Assembly: GCA_028023455.1 (NCBI GenBank)
Contig: JAQFVV010000005.1
Location: 21,886,001 to 21,950,000, forward strand
DNA: 64,000 nucleotides
Direction of reading: 5' to 3'
Source: Epiperipatus broadwayi
Lineage: Eukaryota > Animalia > Onychophora
The notes below the pieces were generated by a model that was given only the letters and a program-made list of their open reading frames with translations, was not told the DNA's origin and did not search any database. A program made the translations under genes and the position numbers. Shown here piece after piece: positions 62,423-64,000 of this stretch; position 1 is the stretch's first letter, and each line of letters starts with the position of its first letter.

Positions 62423-64000
62423 CAGTGGGTGAAACTAGTATTGCATAAATAGGCCCAAATTAAGTATATATATATTTAATTACACAAAAAATTCGACCCC
62501 TTCCAAAATAATAATTTGATTTAAATACTCTGCTTTTGAAAAAATTATCGTAAATAAATTTTGCTAGAAAGTTTTTTCCTAAATTATAATTCGATTGGAG
62601 ACAGGTAAAAAGGAATTTTCTTTGTTAACATCTTAACATTATCTTTTGTCTTGCGTTGTTAGCCGAGAAGTATCGCAGCTGCCATGCAAGCAAGTAGTTG
62701 GTTGCAGACGGTTGAGGGTTCGCGTCCCGGCCGATGCTATGACATATGAAAAATATATATATATATATTTTAGTAGGTATTGTTTGTGAGGCTAAAAGCT
62801 TTTCAACTATTTTACAAAAAAAGACTTTTTTTCTTCCTTCACAGCAAAAAAAAAAAATGAAGAGACATCAAAGTGGGGCAGAAAAGTGAAATTTTTTTTT
62901 AAAAAACCTGGAAATTGCTGAAAGTCAAAGAAATTCATTGCATAGATTTTTTAAAGTTAATTCTGAGACAGAGTTGCCATCAGCATCCATGTCACATAAT
63001 TCTGAATTGCCTACATTTGAAACTTCTTCTTAAGAAGAGAAAGAAGAAGTTGAGAATCAAGAGGTTGAAATTGCTACTGAAAAAAGGGATTGCAAAAACA
63101 CAGAAGGCAGATATAGTCCAGAAAGATGCTTCGATATAGACATTGAAGTAATAAATGATATAGCTTTATGGCCAACAATATTAACAGGTGTTATTATTGA
63201 TCATATTCTTAATATGAAACCAAAAAAATATAGAGAATTTAAAATCAGTGTATAAAGACAGAGATAAAGTGTATTACAGAGGATTTTTTTAATGATCATT
63301 TCTATAGAAAGAAATCAAATGAAATTATGGAAAAGAGAAATTGGCTGATATTTTCAGAAACAAGCAAAAGTGTTTACTGCTGCCCTTGCAAATCCTTTTC
63401 AATAATAAAAGTCTAAATTAGTATCTGGTTTATAAAATTGGAGATCAATAACTGTAATTTTATAGGATCATGAAGTTTCAAAAGTACACATATCAGCCAT
63501 GTGTATTATGTATAAAAGATTAACATAATTCAAAAGAATTGATACTCAACTATTACAGAAAAAGAAGAATGTTATTGGAGAGAAGTGTTGAAAAGAATTG
63601 TATCAACAATAAAATTGTTGAATCGCTTAGGATTTAGGGATCACGATGAAAGCAAAGATTCCAATAGGAAAAAAAAATATTTAACCTGCTTGGAACATCT
63701 AAGCAAATATGATGAATTTTTGAAGTTGCATCTACAAAAATATGCCAACCAAGGTTGAAGAAATGTGACCTATTTATCTCATATTATTTGTGATGAATTT
63801 GTAGGTCTTATTGGAAATCAAGTAAGAGCAAAAATAATTAAAGAAATTAAATCTGTGACAAGTAAGAGCAAAAATAATTAAAGAAATTAAATCTGTGATT
63901 TATTATAATTATTGATTCCACCCCCAATGTTTCGCATGTCAATCAAGTAACTTTTGTGATATGTTCCATCCTGTGGTAATATAATGAAAAGATTTGTGGA
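62423..64000 (+). mobile_element. Decayed hAT transposon (TTF zinc finger / DUF4371-type transposase pseudogene), runs off the window
   Basis: TIR-like cagtgggtgaaactag at 62423. Frameshifted RNWLIFSETSKSVYCCPC, KNW...HEVSKVH, YWREVLKRIV, GFRDHDE, TYLSHII...IIDSTPNVSHVNQ. 2 x 40-bp duplication at 63819-63898. Confidence 0.85.
62653..62737 (+). other. CpG-rich tRNA-like sequence (SINE head or tRNA pseudogene)
   Basis: Acceptor-like GCGTTG/CGATGC pairing, A-box-like TAGCCGAGAAG (62660-62670) and B-box-like GGTTCGCGTCC (62717-62727). D and anticodon arms are poor. Confidence 0.55.

Overview
AT-rich, CpG-depleted eukaryotic DNA, probably from an invertebrate such as an arthropod (inferred from composition and repeat types). 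It holds two convergent protein-coding genes. On + are the last three coding exons of protein phosphatase 4 catalytic subunit (PPP4C; 151-340, 5612-5690, 9963-10013). On - is a complete three-coding-exon sirtuin 4 (SIRT4; 61652-61194, 46867-46574, 30500-30342; 303 aa). The rest is intron or intergenic DNA full of decayed LINEs, Tc1/mariner and hAT remnants, MITEs and long palindromes. The main unexpected signal is that several unrelated short repeat families carry minimal type-I hammerhead ribozyme (HHR) motifs. At least eight palindromic insertions are bounded by 12-16 bp direct repeats that look like target-site duplications (TSDs). Where polarity can be read, the arms are head-to-head with 3' ends facing outward, which suggests retro-insertion rather than cut-and-paste MITEs. 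All three canonical-family HHRs lying sense to SIRT4 introns share the same C3-to-U core change. Some MITEs carry CTCF-consensus motifs. All alignments and folds were done by eye. Gene boundaries and TSDs were read to the base, while repeat boundaries are approximate. No database search or folding computation was run.
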